The notes beneath the pieces are model-generated. The model was not told the origin of the DNA, ran no database searches, and worked only from the letters and a program-made list of their open reading frames with translations. Below, one piece after another: positions 28,175-36,879 of a stretch of DNA of 64,000 nt (the stretch's first letter is position 1; every line of letters starts with the position of its first letter). The position numbers and the translations under genes were made by a program. This DNA is from Thermoplasmatota archaeon (GTDB lineage Archaea; Thermoplasmatota; JAKEGO01): contig JANQNK010000020.1 of assembly GCA_028279595.1 (NCBI GenBank), forward strand, positions 256,001-320,000, written 5' to 3'.

Positions 28175-29194
28175 TCAGTCCATGTTCAGGAGGTCGATGA
28201 GCAGTGCGAAACCGGTTTCCCGCTTCCCGGCACCCGGTCCGACTATCGTGACCGGTCCGAGCTCGTCGGTCTCGAAGGTCAGGGCGTTGGTTGCCTCGCC
28301 GACGCCGGCCAGCGGATCGCTGAGCGGCAGCCTCATGGGCTTGACGCTCGCCGAGAATGTTCCGTCCTCCTCGATCTCAGCACATCCGATGAGCTTCCAG
28401 CGCTCCCCGGAGGCCTTCGCCGAAGCTATATCCTCCATGGAAATTCCCGTAATGCCCTCGCGCTCGACGTCCTCGATCGAAATGCGCTTGCCGAGCACGA
28501 CGTTCGAGAGGATGACGACCTTTCCGAGGGCGTCCCAGCCCTCAACGTCTCCCGTGGGATCGGCCTCGGCATAGCCAAGCTCCTGGGCCTTTGCGAGGGC
28601 GTCCTCGTACGACATCCCCTCCTCCATCCGGGTGAGGATGTAGTTCGTCGTTCCATTCATTATCCCCTTGAACCCTGTGATATTGTTGCCCGCGAGCGTG
28701 TACCTCGCAAGGTTCAAGACGGGCGTACCTGCCAGGACGACACCCTCGAATCCGTACTGGACGTCGTTCTGGATCGCCAGTTCCGTCAATTCTGCGACGT
28801 GCTTGACCGTCGGCCCCTTGTTGGTGGACACGACGTTCATGCCGGCATTCAACGCTGCCTTGACGTGCGTGGTCGCGGGCTCTCCGGTCTTGACGTCCGT
28901 GTAGGTGACCTCGATTATCGTGTCGGCATTGGTCTCGGTTATCGTCGCGAGGCTGTCCATCCCCTTGATGCCCGTCGGATAGTTGCCGAGGTCCTCACCG
29001 GACGATGCCATCTCGAGGAGCTTGGTCATGTCCAGGCCTTCCTCGTCGTAGACAGCGCCCTTGATCATGTCCGAGACGGCCACCACTTCGTATGTCAGGC
29101 CGAGGTTCTCGAGCATCTCGGCCTTTTCCAGGAGTATCTCGCAGAGTCCGACGGCCACTGTGCCGAATCCGATGAACGCCAGCCTGTGATGCAA
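28175..29194 (-). CDS. hom: Homoserine dehydrogenase (short form, no ACT domain)
   Basis: IGFGTVA, VVSTNKGP, GIMNGTTNYIL, AQELGYAEADPTGDVEGWDA, GPGAGKRET. Confidence 0.95.
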   Translation of the reverse strand: MHHRLAFIGFGTVAVGLCEILLEKAEMLENLGLTYEVVAVSDMIKGAVYDEEGLDMTKLLEMASSGEDLGNYPTGIKGMDSLATITETNADTIIEVTYTDVKTGEPATTHVKAALNAGMNVVSTNKGPTVKHVAELTELAIQNDVQYGFEGVVLAGTPVLNLARYTLAGNNITGFKGIMNGTTNYILTRMEEGMSYEDALAKAQELGYAEADPTGDVEGWDALGKVVILSNVVLGKRISIEDVEREGITGISMEDIASAKASGERWKLIGCAEIEEDGTFSASVKPMRLPLSDPLAGVGEATNALTFETDELGPVTIVGPGAGKRETGFALLIDLLNMD

Positions 29195-29195
29195 T

Positions 29196-30470
29196 TCAGT
29201 CCCCCCTGTGGTGCAGTTCGGGAGCGGCGATGAAGGTCAGACCGTTCTCCGTCAGCGCCCTGGCGGTGTTGTTGAGGGCGTTGTGCTTCTCGAGGTAGTT
29301 GCGGGTCAGGTGCGGCATGACGCCCTGCGCTTCCGCGTCCGACCTGTCCATGAAGTAGTCGAGGATGTCGCTCGGGTGTTCGAGGGTCTCTTCGACCGCC
29401 GTCTCCCCGCCCTCGTGCTTCGCGCTGATGTTCTTGACCGTGGATGCGATCTCGAGGAGCTCGTCCCGCCTGTCGTAGGGCTGAATAACGATGCTCTTGT
29501 ATGTCTCGAGGATGTGGTGCTCGAACCTGACGTTCTCCTCGAGGCCGAGGTTGCCACGGATCTGGTCGCTGATCTCGATGGTGGTATTGTCCACGGAGTT
29601 GGAGAAGTTGAAACCGATGAGCGACGTCGTCCCGTCCGGTCGCGAGAACAGCCGCGCCATCATCAGGGTCCAGAAGACCGCGTAGGGATTGTCGTTCCCC
29701 ATGAACACGGATATCTTGAACTGGATGTCGATGCCGAGCTTGTGGAGCAGATAACCGACGAAGATCGTGCCTGGATTGATGTTCAGCACTTCCTTCACTC
29801 CGTAGTTCGTGTAGTAGTAGAGGAACTCGTCCGCCCAGAGGACGGGATGGTCGTTCGGCTGTCCGACGCCTCCGAAGTAGCCAGTTATCGTCGCCGGTCC
29901 ACCGAGATGGACGTTGCTGCCGTCAGTGCCCTTCGTGTCCAGGGTCTCGCACCAACTCGCTCCGATGATCTGCATGGCGGCGGACATGGCAAGGATGTCA
30001 TCGTCCTCCTCCTGCTCCTTCATCTTTCGGACACGGATGAACCGCCCCGGCATGAGCTCACCGTTTTCAATGGCCTGCCTGGCCGACTCCATGAAGAATG
30101 AGAAGTACTGGCATGCCGAGACCTCGAGGGTGACGGCGAAGTCCTCGTTGAACATCATCTCGTCCGCGCCGTCTCCGAGGACCTTCCTGCGATACTCATC
30201 CACACCGATGAAGGCGCCGGAATCCCGCTGCTCGATCAACCAGTTCAGGTCATCGATGTAGGGCGAGCCCTTGGCCTCGAGTCGCGCCATCAGGTTCTCC
30301 ACCTTTCCGGCATCCCGAGCCTTCCGGTTTATCTCCTCGGGTCCGCCGTACTTCTCGACCACGGCCAGGAAATCGTTCACAAGCCTGTTGTCTGGGTCGA
30401 GCAGGAACGCATTGATCTCGTCGAGTCTCATGTCCTCTATCGCCAGTTTACCACGTATGTCATCTGACAT
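29196..30470 (-). CDS. Hypothetical soluble enzyme-like protein (possible TIM barrel), first gene of the hom-AOR-aminotransferase operon
   Basis: 424 aa; GGGAGG SD; stop 1 bp from the hom start; motif-rich (ETLDTKGTDGSNVHLGG, FKISVFMGNDN, RFEHHI, SAKHEGG); family not recognised. Confidence 0.8.
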   Translation of the reverse strand: MSDDIRGKLAIEDMRLDEINAFLLDPDNRLVNDFLAVVEKYGGPEEINRKARDAGKVENLMARLEAKGSPYIDDLNWLIEQRDSGAFIGVDEYRRKVLGDGADEMMFNEDFAVTLEVSACQYFSFFMESARQAIENGELMPGRFIRVRKMKEQEEDDDILAMSAAMQIIGASWCETLDTKGTDGSNVHLGGPATITGYFGGVGQPNDHPVLWADEFLYYYTNYGVKEVLNINPGTIFVGYLLHKLGIDIQFKISVFMGNDNPYAVFWTLMMARLFSRPDGTTSLIGFNFSNSVDNTTIEISDQIRGNLGLEENVRFEHHILETYKSIVIQPYDRRDELLEIASTVKNISAKHEGGETAVEETLEHPSDILDYFMDRSDAEAQGVMPHLTRNYLEKHNALNNTARALTENGLTFIAAPELHHRGD

Positions 30471-30599
30471 GCAATATGCCTCCCAATGATACCTCCGACG
30501 CTCGCTTGAGGGATAGTTCCGAACGCCCCATCGAAGTATCGCTCCACCCTAGTCTTTGGGGGATATTAATTTTTCGTTATGCTGTCAACAGTTTGGTCA

Positions 30600-31589
30600 T
30601 CAAAAGGTCGACGATAGTCGTTTGGGAGCCCGGTCTACGCCCTTGGAGAACAGGTAGCCCGCGATGAGAGGCAATCCAATCGACATATCTACGAACGCCA
30701 TCGATCTCTTCGCCCTCCTGTCCACCTTGCCCCAAGACTGTGCTTCCCTGAGCGTCGAACCGGACAGTCCTCCCCATTCCGGTCTGTCCATGGTGAGCTG
30801 TACCGCGTACTCATGTCCTGGAACGTCGCCGTATATCATGTCCGCCATCACGACGGCGTCGTTGATGTAATTCTTCGGAACACCGCCGCCGATGTAGATC
30901 GCGCCGGTCCCGTCGGCGTCGTTGACGAGCTTGGCCATCTCCATGTTGTCCTGGATCGTGTCGATGGTCGGTCCCTTGCCCGTACGGCTCCTGACGACGG
31001 CAAGTCCGATCCCGATAGAGCTGTCGGCGATCGCGGGGCAGTATACCGGCACGTCGAGGTCCTTCGCGGTGCAGAGGATCGAATCCTCGTCCTCGACCAT
31101 GTCAGAGAGGTGATCCATGAAAAGACGGGTGCCCATGGTCCCCTCCTGCTCCGCGAACTTCCTTCCGATGAGGATGTCAAGGGTCCGGAACGCGTACTCA
31201 TCGACGTAGGTGTCGTATATCCTGTCTATGTAATTGTCATGGAGCTCGGCGTCGGGAGCTTCCACGTCCCCTTTGTAGTGCTTGTAACCGGCAGCCTGGT
31301 AGAGGTCCTGGTAGAGTATCGCTCCTGTCGATACGACCACGTCGATCATGCTCCTCTTCATGAGGTCGGCGACGACCTTTCGAAGACCTCCCGCGATCAT
31401 CGCTCCCGAGAGGCCCAGGAATACTGTGACGTCATCGTTGAGCATGTCCTCCCAGATCCTAGCCACATCGGCAAGGGCCCTTCCCTGGAACGACGTCGAG
31501 CCCAGGGACTCGACGAGTTCCTCGATGGACGATACCATCTCGAGGTCGATATGCTCGATCTCCTCCCGGAGGAGGTCCTCCCTCTTCAT
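30600..31589 (-). CDS. Deoxyhypusine synthase family protein
   Basis: LSGAMIAGG, DRIYD, CPAIADSSIG, IGGGVPKN, GGLSGSTLREAQSWGK. Confidence 0.93.
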   Translation of the reverse strand: MKREDLLREEIEHIDLEMVSSIEELVESLGSTSFQGRALADVARIWEDMLNDDVTVFLGLSGAMIAGGLRKVVADLMKRSMIDVVVSTGAILYQDLYQAAGYKHYKGDVEAPDAELHDNYIDRIYDTYVDEYAFRTLDILIGRKFAEQEGTMGTRLFMDHLSDMVEDEDSILCTAKDLDVPVYCPAIADSSIGIGLAVVRSRTGKGPTIDTIQDNMEMAKLVNDADGTGAIYIGGGVPKNYINDAVVMADMIYGDVPGHEYAVQLTMDRPEWGGLSGSTLREAQSWGKVDRRAKRSMAFVDMSIGLPLIAGYLFSKGVDRAPKRLSSTF

Positions 31590-31598
31590 GACGTCACC

Positions 31599-32153
31599 TC
31601 ACTCGATGATAAGTACGGCTGCGGCTACAACGGTGGTCCACTTGCCACTGGAGCCGCTCTTCGCTGCGACCGCGATGTGCTGGGTATTGACTATCCGGCC
31701 GTCGATCTTGAAGATGTCCCTGACCTCGTCGTAACCCGCGTCGAGGTCGTACTCGATCCCCAGCGTGGATGCGAGCATCTCCGCGGCGAGGTCCTCAGCG
31801 TACTCGCCGATCTTCTCCTCGGACATGCCGAACTCGTGGTGCTCGCTGATGTAACCGTGCTTGGTCCTGTCCTGGGGTATGGCGCAGCCGATGGCTGCCG
31901 AAACGAGGCGCCCATCCTCCTTCGATCCGTTCTGCGAAAGCACTGTGTGGAGGATCTGGCCGGCTTTGAGCATCCCAACGCCCTCGTCCATGGATATGAT
32001 CTCGCACTCCGGCGGCATGATGGACGAGACCTCTACAAGATTGTACCTGGCGATCCTCGCGTCCCTGAGCGCGAGCTCGAAGCTGGCGAGCTTCTCGCGG
32101 TGGATGCCGACGCCCCTCGTGAAGAATACCTTGCTAGGCACTAGACCGGTCAT
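31599..32153 (-). CDS. pdaD: Pyruvoyl-dependent arginine decarboxylase
   Basis: SFELALRDARIARYNLVEVSSIMPP (Ser-Ser pyruvoyl site); GYISEHH; WTTVVAAAV. Confidence 0.95.
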   Translation of the reverse strand: MTGLVPSKVFFTRGVGIHREKLASFELALRDARIARYNLVEVSSIMPPECEIISMDEGVGMLKAGQILHTVLSQNGSKEDGRLVSAAIGCAIPQDRTKHGYISEHHEFGMSEEKIGEYAEDLAAEMLASTLGIEYDLDAGYDEVRDIFKIDGRIVNTQHIAVAAKSGSSGKWTTVVAAAVLIIE

Positions 32154-32197
32154 CTAGTCGGTGAGGGCGCTTGGGATATAAACGCTTTTCCGCGGGT

Positions 32198-33013
32198 CTA
32201 TCTCGAGAACGCGGCTCCCGAGAAGTCCTCCGGGATGATTCCCTCCGTTGCGTAGATGTACAGGGCCGCGGTCAGCACTCCCTGCGCGGCATAGCTCATC
32301 GAGATGACGATGACCAGGCCGCAGACGCCGATGACGATCAGGGCCATCCCTGTCAGGAACATACCGGCATAGAACATCAGATAGAACCCGAGGAATATCG
32401 GGATGATGAACAGGATCGAGAAGAGCAGGAAGATGAGTCCGAGAACGAATCCCGAGACCATCGTCTCTCCCCAGGTCTTCTTGAAGAGGCTTCCGCTCCT
32501 CTTGATCGAGTCGATCATCGGCCTGTCCTCGTAGATCAGCACAGGGATGACGAAGAACGTCAGCAGGCTCCAGGCGGCCTCCGCGATCATGCCGAATATC
32601 GATCCGAGGAAGCCCAGCTCGCGTTCCAGGTAGTTCCTCAGTACTCTAAGCAGCAGCCCGACGGTCGCCGAGATCAGTGCCCACTTGACGATCTTCCCCA
32701 GTCTGCTGTTCGCCATGCGGATGCCGTCCTTTATGGTAGGATCGCCACCCCTCAGCCTGATCGTGGCAATTGCGATGATGGCCACGTTGAAATACACGGC
32801 AATGAACGCAAGCACGAAGTACATCACGAAGTAGAGTGCATAGGCTCCGTTCGACTCGGCCAGGCCGAAGAACGAAAGTGGAAGTATCACGGACAGGATC
32901 AGAAGCACCATCACCGTTGCCGAGATTATCGGGAGCAGCAGCAGCTCCTTGTCCTTCCTAATGACACCGATGCTCATCTTCGTGAGTCGCCATGAGTCTC
33001 CAAATGTCCCCAT
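32198..33013 (-). CDS. DUF6159-like membrane protein
   Basis: SWRLTKMSIGVIRKDKELLLLP; WALISATVG; SIKRSGSLFKKTWGE; ALYIYATEG. GAGGTG SD before ATG 33013. Confidence 0.8.
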   Translation of the reverse strand: MGTFGDSWRLTKMSIGVIRKDKELLLLPIISATVMVLLILSVILPLSFFGLAESNGAYALYFVMYFVLAFIAVYFNVAIIAIATIRLRGGDPTIKDGIRMANSRLGKIVKWALISATVGLLLRVLRNYLERELGFLGSIFGMIAEAAWSLLTFFVIPVLIYEDRPMIDSIKRSGSLFKKTWGETMVSGFVLGLIFLLFSILFIIPIFLGFYLMFYAGMFLTGMALIVIGVCGLVIVISMSYAAQGVLTAALYIYATEGIIPEDFSGAAFSR

Positions 33014-33175
33014 AGGTATTACACCTCGGAAATCGGATTCCATATCATGTAGATAACACTGTCGCCGATACCTTCGATGCAACGCTGTCAATATGTCGAT
33101 TTCAAACGTAAAATCATGACATTTAATGATATATAATGACAATATATTTATATCTCATTATAATAAGCCGGTACC

Positions 33176-33403
33176 ATGAACCCTGACAGCGAGAAGAAGT
33201 ACACCACGATATCCATCCCGACCCCCCTCGCCAACAAGGTGAAGGAGAGGATACAGGGTACCGGTTTCAGCTCGGTGTCCAGCTACACGACCTACGTCCT
33301 GAGGCAGATCATCTCCTCGGACGAGGCGAAGGACGAGGCGTTCTCCAAGGAGGACGAGGAGCGCATCAAGGAGCGTCTCCGGAGCCTGGGATACATCGAT
33401 TGA
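33176..33403 (+). CDS. Ribbon-helix-helix (CopG-like) regulator
   Basis: YTTISIPTPLANKVKERI..GFSSVSSYTTYVLR; tail IKERLRSLGYID. Confidence 0.85.
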   Translation: MNPDSEKKYTTISIPTPLANKVKERIQGTGFSSVSSYTTYVLRQIISSDEAKDEAFSKEDEERIKERLRSLGYID

Positions 33404-33432
33404 GCGTGACGATCCAGAATTGAGGTGAACAC

Positions 33433-34554
33433 ATGATCACACCACACGGAGGAAAACTGATAGACAGGACTGCGTCGGAAAGCGAGCGCGAGGCGATCCT
33501 AGCGGAGGACCTGCGCACCATCGAGATCGCATCCGGCAAGGCGGCAGAGGTGCAGAACATCGCGACCGGCGTCTACAGCCCCCTCGAGGGCTTCATGACC
33601 GAGTCCGAACTCGTGTCGGTCATCGACACGATGAGGCTCCCGAGCGGACCGGCGTGGACCATCCCGATCATCCTCGACATCTCCGAGGACATCGAGGTCG
33701 GCGAGCGCATCATGCTCAACCACAACGGGAAGCCGATGGCGATGATGGAGGTCGATGAGATCTTCACATATGACCTGAATGAGATCGCACAGAAGGTCTT
33801 CGGTACCAATGACAAGGAACATCCCGGCGTCGCCAAGGTCCATGCCATGACCGGCAAGTTCGCCGCCGGCCAGATCACCCTCGTGAACGAGTACGAGGTC
33901 CCCTTCGGCGAGATGTACCTCAAACCCGAGGAGACCCGCGTCCTGTTCCAGGAGAAGGGCTGGGACCGTGTCGTCGCGTTCCAGACCAGGAACCCTCCGC
34001 ACGTCGGTCACGAGTACGTCCAGAAGGCCGCACTGACCTTCACGGATGGATTGCTCATCAATCCGGTCATCGGAAAGAAGAAGACCGGCGACTTCAAGGA
34101 CGGCGTCATACTGGACTCGTACAAGGCCCTCATCAAGGACTACTATCCGGAGGACCGCGTAGTGCTCTCTACGCTTCTGATAGACATGTGGTACGGCGGA
34201 CCTCGAGAGGCCATACTCCACGCGATCATGAGGAAGAACCTCGGCTGTACCCACATCATCATCGGCCGCGACCATGCTGGCGTAGGCAAGTACTACGGGC
34301 CCTTCGACGCCCATGAGATATTCAAGGACTTCCCGGACCTCGAGATCGAGCCGTTCACCTTCAGGTCGTTCGCGTACTGCCCGAAGTGCGGTTCGCCTGT
34401 CAACGACAAGATCTGTCCCCACGAGGACCTGGTGATGTTCTCGGGGACCATGGTCAGGGCCATCGTCAACGAGGGCAAGATCCCCAGCAAGGAGCTCATG
34501 AGGCCCGAGGTGGCCGAGGTCATTGCTGCCCAGGACAGGCCCTTCGTGGAGTGA
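33433..34554 (+). CDS. sat: Sulfate adenylyltransferase (ATP sulfurylase)
   Basis: PHGGKLI, YSPLEGFM, AFQTRNPPHVGHE, GPREAILHAIMRKNLGCTHIIIGRDHAGVG. Confidence 0.98.
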   Translation: MITPHGGKLIDRTASESEREAILAEDLRTIEIASGKAAEVQNIATGVYSPLEGFMTESELVSVIDTMRLPSGPAWTIPIILDISEDIEVGERIMLNHNGKPMAMMEVDEIFTYDLNEIAQKVFGTNDKEHPGVAKVHAMTGKFAAGQITLVNEYEVPFGEMYLKPEETRVLFQEKGWDRVVAFQTRNPPHVGHEYVQKAALTFTDGLLINPVIGKKKTGDFKDGVILDSYKALIKDYYPEDRVVLSTLLIDMWYGGPREAILHAIMRKNLGCTHIIIGRDHAGVGKYYGPFDAHEIFKDFPDLEIEPFTFRSFAYCPKCGSPVNDKICPHEDLVMFSGTMVRAIVNEGKIPSKELMRPEVAEVIAAQDRPFVE

Positions 34555-34558
34555 GACC

Positions 34559-35575
34559 ATGGACTGGCCGAAGCTCGATGAATTGCTGGAAGGCGATTCT
34601 CACGGGCTGATCATACATCACTGGGACGCCGACGGGATATCGACTGCCGCGATGCTCCAGATGTACCTGGAGCGGCGGGGGAAGACGATCGAGCTCTTCT
34701 CTCCGGTGATAGGTAACTTCTTCCTGTCCGAGCCGGACAGGCAGGCGATAATGGGCGAGTACGACTTCGTCATGGTCTGCGACATCGCGCTCCCCGCGCC
34801 CGACATCGGATGGGTGGCCGAACGGTGGAAGACCATCCACATCGACCACCACCTGCTGAGGCACGACTTCCTGACGCAGATCAATCCCGTCGTGAACGAC
34901 GTGGACCCGGGCGAGTTCCCCTCGGCATCGTGGGTGACCACGGCCTTCCTCGGAATGCCCTTCAGCCTGCTCTCCATCTACGGCGTCATCGGCGATGTCG
35001 GGAAGAGGGTCGAGGGCATGCCCGTCTGGGAGGACGTGAAGAAGGTCATGGACCTCTACCACCTCGAGTTCGACGACGTCCAGGAGATCGTGGATCTGCT
35101 CGACTCATCGTACAAGGTCGGGGACAGGGACGGCGTCGTGAACGCCGTCGCGAAGCTCCGAAACACCTACGAGGACCCCGAGGCCATCCTCCACGACAAG
35201 GCCTGGCACGCGAACCTCGATTCCATCGACAAGGAGATGGAGCGTCTCCTGTCGCTTCCGAACGAGGAGGTCTACGGGATCACCGTGAAGGAGATCGAGA
35301 CCAAGTTCAACCTGATCAGCGCCCTCGGACGCGACATGGCCGCAACCCACGGAGCGGCCTTCGTGATAAACCGCGGATACTTCGAGGACAGGGACCAGCT
35401 CTACCTCAGGAGGACCGACGGGATCACGGTCGGCGACATCATCGACGCCGCCAGGGACCGCGGGTACTCCGCTGGAGGAAAGAACGAGGTCGTCGGCATG
35501 GTAGTGCCGAAGGAAGATACCGAGAGCGCCATCGGACTGGTCTACAAGCTCTCGGAGGGGAAGACGCCCCAGTAA
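34559..35575 (+). CDS. DHH family phosphoesterase (candidate PAP phosphatase)
   Basis: HHWDADG, VMVCD, HIDHH, SAGGK; lies between sat and cysC. Confidence 0.85.
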   Translation: MDWPKLDELLEGDSHGLIIHHWDADGISTAAMLQMYLERRGKTIELFSPVIGNFFLSEPDRQAIMGEYDFVMVCDIALPAPDIGWVAERWKTIHIDHHLLRHDFLTQINPVVNDVDPGEFPSASWVTTAFLGMPFSLLSIYGVIGDVGKRVEGMPVWEDVKKVMDLYHLEFDDVQEIVDLLDSSYKVGDRDGVVNAVAKLRNTYEDPEAILHDKAWHANLDSIDKEMERLLSLPNEEVYGITVKEIETKFNLISALGRDMAATHGAAFVINRGYFEDRDQLYLRRTDGITVGDIIDAARDRGYSAGGKNEVVGMVVPKEDTESAIGLVYKLSEGKTPQ

Positions 35576-35639
35576 CGAGCATCGAATGAAAGACAATGAT
35601 GGATATGGATGAGAACAAGGAAAGTACGGAGGAATTGAA

Positions 35640-36170
35640 ATGAAAGGATTCACACTCTGGTTCACCGGACTGCCCTCCTCGGGCAAGTCCGCGCTGGCAG
35701 ACGATCTGGCCCCGAAGCTCCGGGACATGGGCATCAAGGTCGAGCGCCTCGACGGAGACATCGTCAGGAAGACGCTCACGAAGGACCTGGGATTCAGCAA
35801 GGAGGACAGGCGGACGAACCTCGAGCGCGTGACATTCGTCGCGACGCTACTCGCAAGGAACGACGTCGCCGTCCTGGCGGCATTCGTCTCGCCATACAAC
35901 GACATCCGCCACTGGATACGCGAGCAGCACGAGGACGGCCAGTTCGTCCTGGTCTTCGTGAACACCCCTGTCGAGACGTGCATCGAGCGCGACCCGAGGG
36001 GCAACTACAAGAAGGCTCTCGCCGGCGAGATCAAGAGCTTCACGGGCATCGACGACCCGTTCGAGGACCCCGACGACGCCGACATCGTGATCGAGACCGT
36101 CGGACGCTCCATCGAGGAGACCAACGACGAGATCCTCGCGAAGCTCAAAGAGTTGGGCTACATCGAGTAG
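35640..36170 (+). CDS. cysC: Adenylyl-sulfate kinase
   Basis: WFTGLPSSGKS, LDGDIVR, LGFSKEDR, FVSPY, RDPRG.Y, FTGIDDPFEDP. Confidence 0.97.
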   Translation: MKGFTLWFTGLPSSGKSALADDLAPKLRDMGIKVERLDGDIVRKTLTKDLGFSKEDRRTNLERVTFVATLLARNDVAVLAAFVSPYNDIRHWIREQHEDGQFVLVFVNTPVETCIERDPRGNYKKALAGEIKSFTGIDDPFEDPDDADIVIETVGRSIEETNDEILAKLKELGYIE

Positions 36171-36183
36171 GCGTCCAGAACTA

Positions 36184-36215
36184 GGGGCTCATTTAGAGCC
36201 CCGCGTTTTCTTTTT
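36184..36215 (+). terminator. Hairpin + T-tract terminator after cysC
   Basis: GGGGCTC-attta-GAGCCCC followed by gcgTTTTCTTTTT. Confidence 0.7.
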
Positions 36216-36228
36216 CGATAGTTTTTTC
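36197..36228. repeat. 32-bp direct repeat, copy 1 (upstream of first pilin-like gene)
   Basis: agccccgcgttttctttttcgatagttttttc; copy 2 at 36825-36856 differs at 2 positions; both begin 55 nt before the ATG. Confidence 0.85.
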
Positions 36229-36251
36229 CACTCAGTATTGGATACTGAGCT

Positions 36252-36743
36252 ATGGAACCAAAGAGGAAAGCCATCTTCAAAGACATCCCTCGATATCAGA
36301 TCGCTCTTCTGGTCATCGTACTGATGGCTGGCGCATTGGTCGCTGGTATCTGGATCATATCTCCTCCTGGGGTGGATGATCAGAAGTATCAACCGGTAGC
36401 GACTGTCACCTCCACTTGGACATCCGATGGCAATATAACTGTCAATATATCCCATATCTCTTCTCGTATCAGGTTATCTGAGTTCAAGTTCATCATATTG
36501 GATCTAAATCGAATACCAGTCGAGGAAGGCGGTCTGTATGACAAGGTCAACGGTACATACAGATCCCAAAATCTGATCTTTCATGATAATGACCTCGATA
36601 AGCGGTTATCAATCAACGATACCCTGACCCTTGTCTCAGTTGATAATGGAGGAATTGTGGAACAGGGCTACATATTACGTATATGGCGTATCGATGCTTC
36701 CCCATCCACGATGGCGGCCGTTGAGATCCAAGCGAAGAAATGA
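36252..36743 (+). CDS. Archaeal pilin-like protein, paralog 1
   Basis: N-terminal hydrophobic helix; PVATVT..GNITV; FHDNDLDKRLSINDT..NGG..GYILRI. Confidence 0.7.
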   Translation: MEPKRKAIFKDIPRYQIALLVIVLMAGALVAGIWIISPPGVDDQKYQPVATVTSTWTSDGNITVNISHISSRIRLSEFKFIILDLNRIPVEEGGLYDKVNGTYRSQNLIFHDNDLDKRLSINDTLTLVSVDNGGIVEQGYILRIWRIDASPSTMAAVEIQAKK

Positions 36744-36824
36744 TGAATCGATCAATTCAATCGAGATTCGCCGCGACGAATCTTAAGGGGATGATTTACT
36801 GTATGTGCAATCGGCCTCCATGAC

Positions 36825-36856
36825 AGCCCCGCGTTCTCTTTTTCGATAGTTATTTC
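36825..36856. repeat. 32-bp direct repeat, copy 2
   Basis: agccccgcgttctctttttcgatagttatttc. Confidence 0.85.
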
Positions 36857-36879
36857 ACACCTGTGGCAGTTACACGATC

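Noticed and set aside
30813-32144. Long antisense/alternate-frame ORFs (also 33499..34560, 9126..10199, 29208..30101, 59712..60728 and others)
   Set aside because: Shadows of well-supported genes in GC-rich DNA with biased codon usage; no motifs of their own.
33433-36170. Dissimilatory sulfate reduction
   Set aside because: sat is paired with APS kinase; no aprAB, qmo or dsr in the window.
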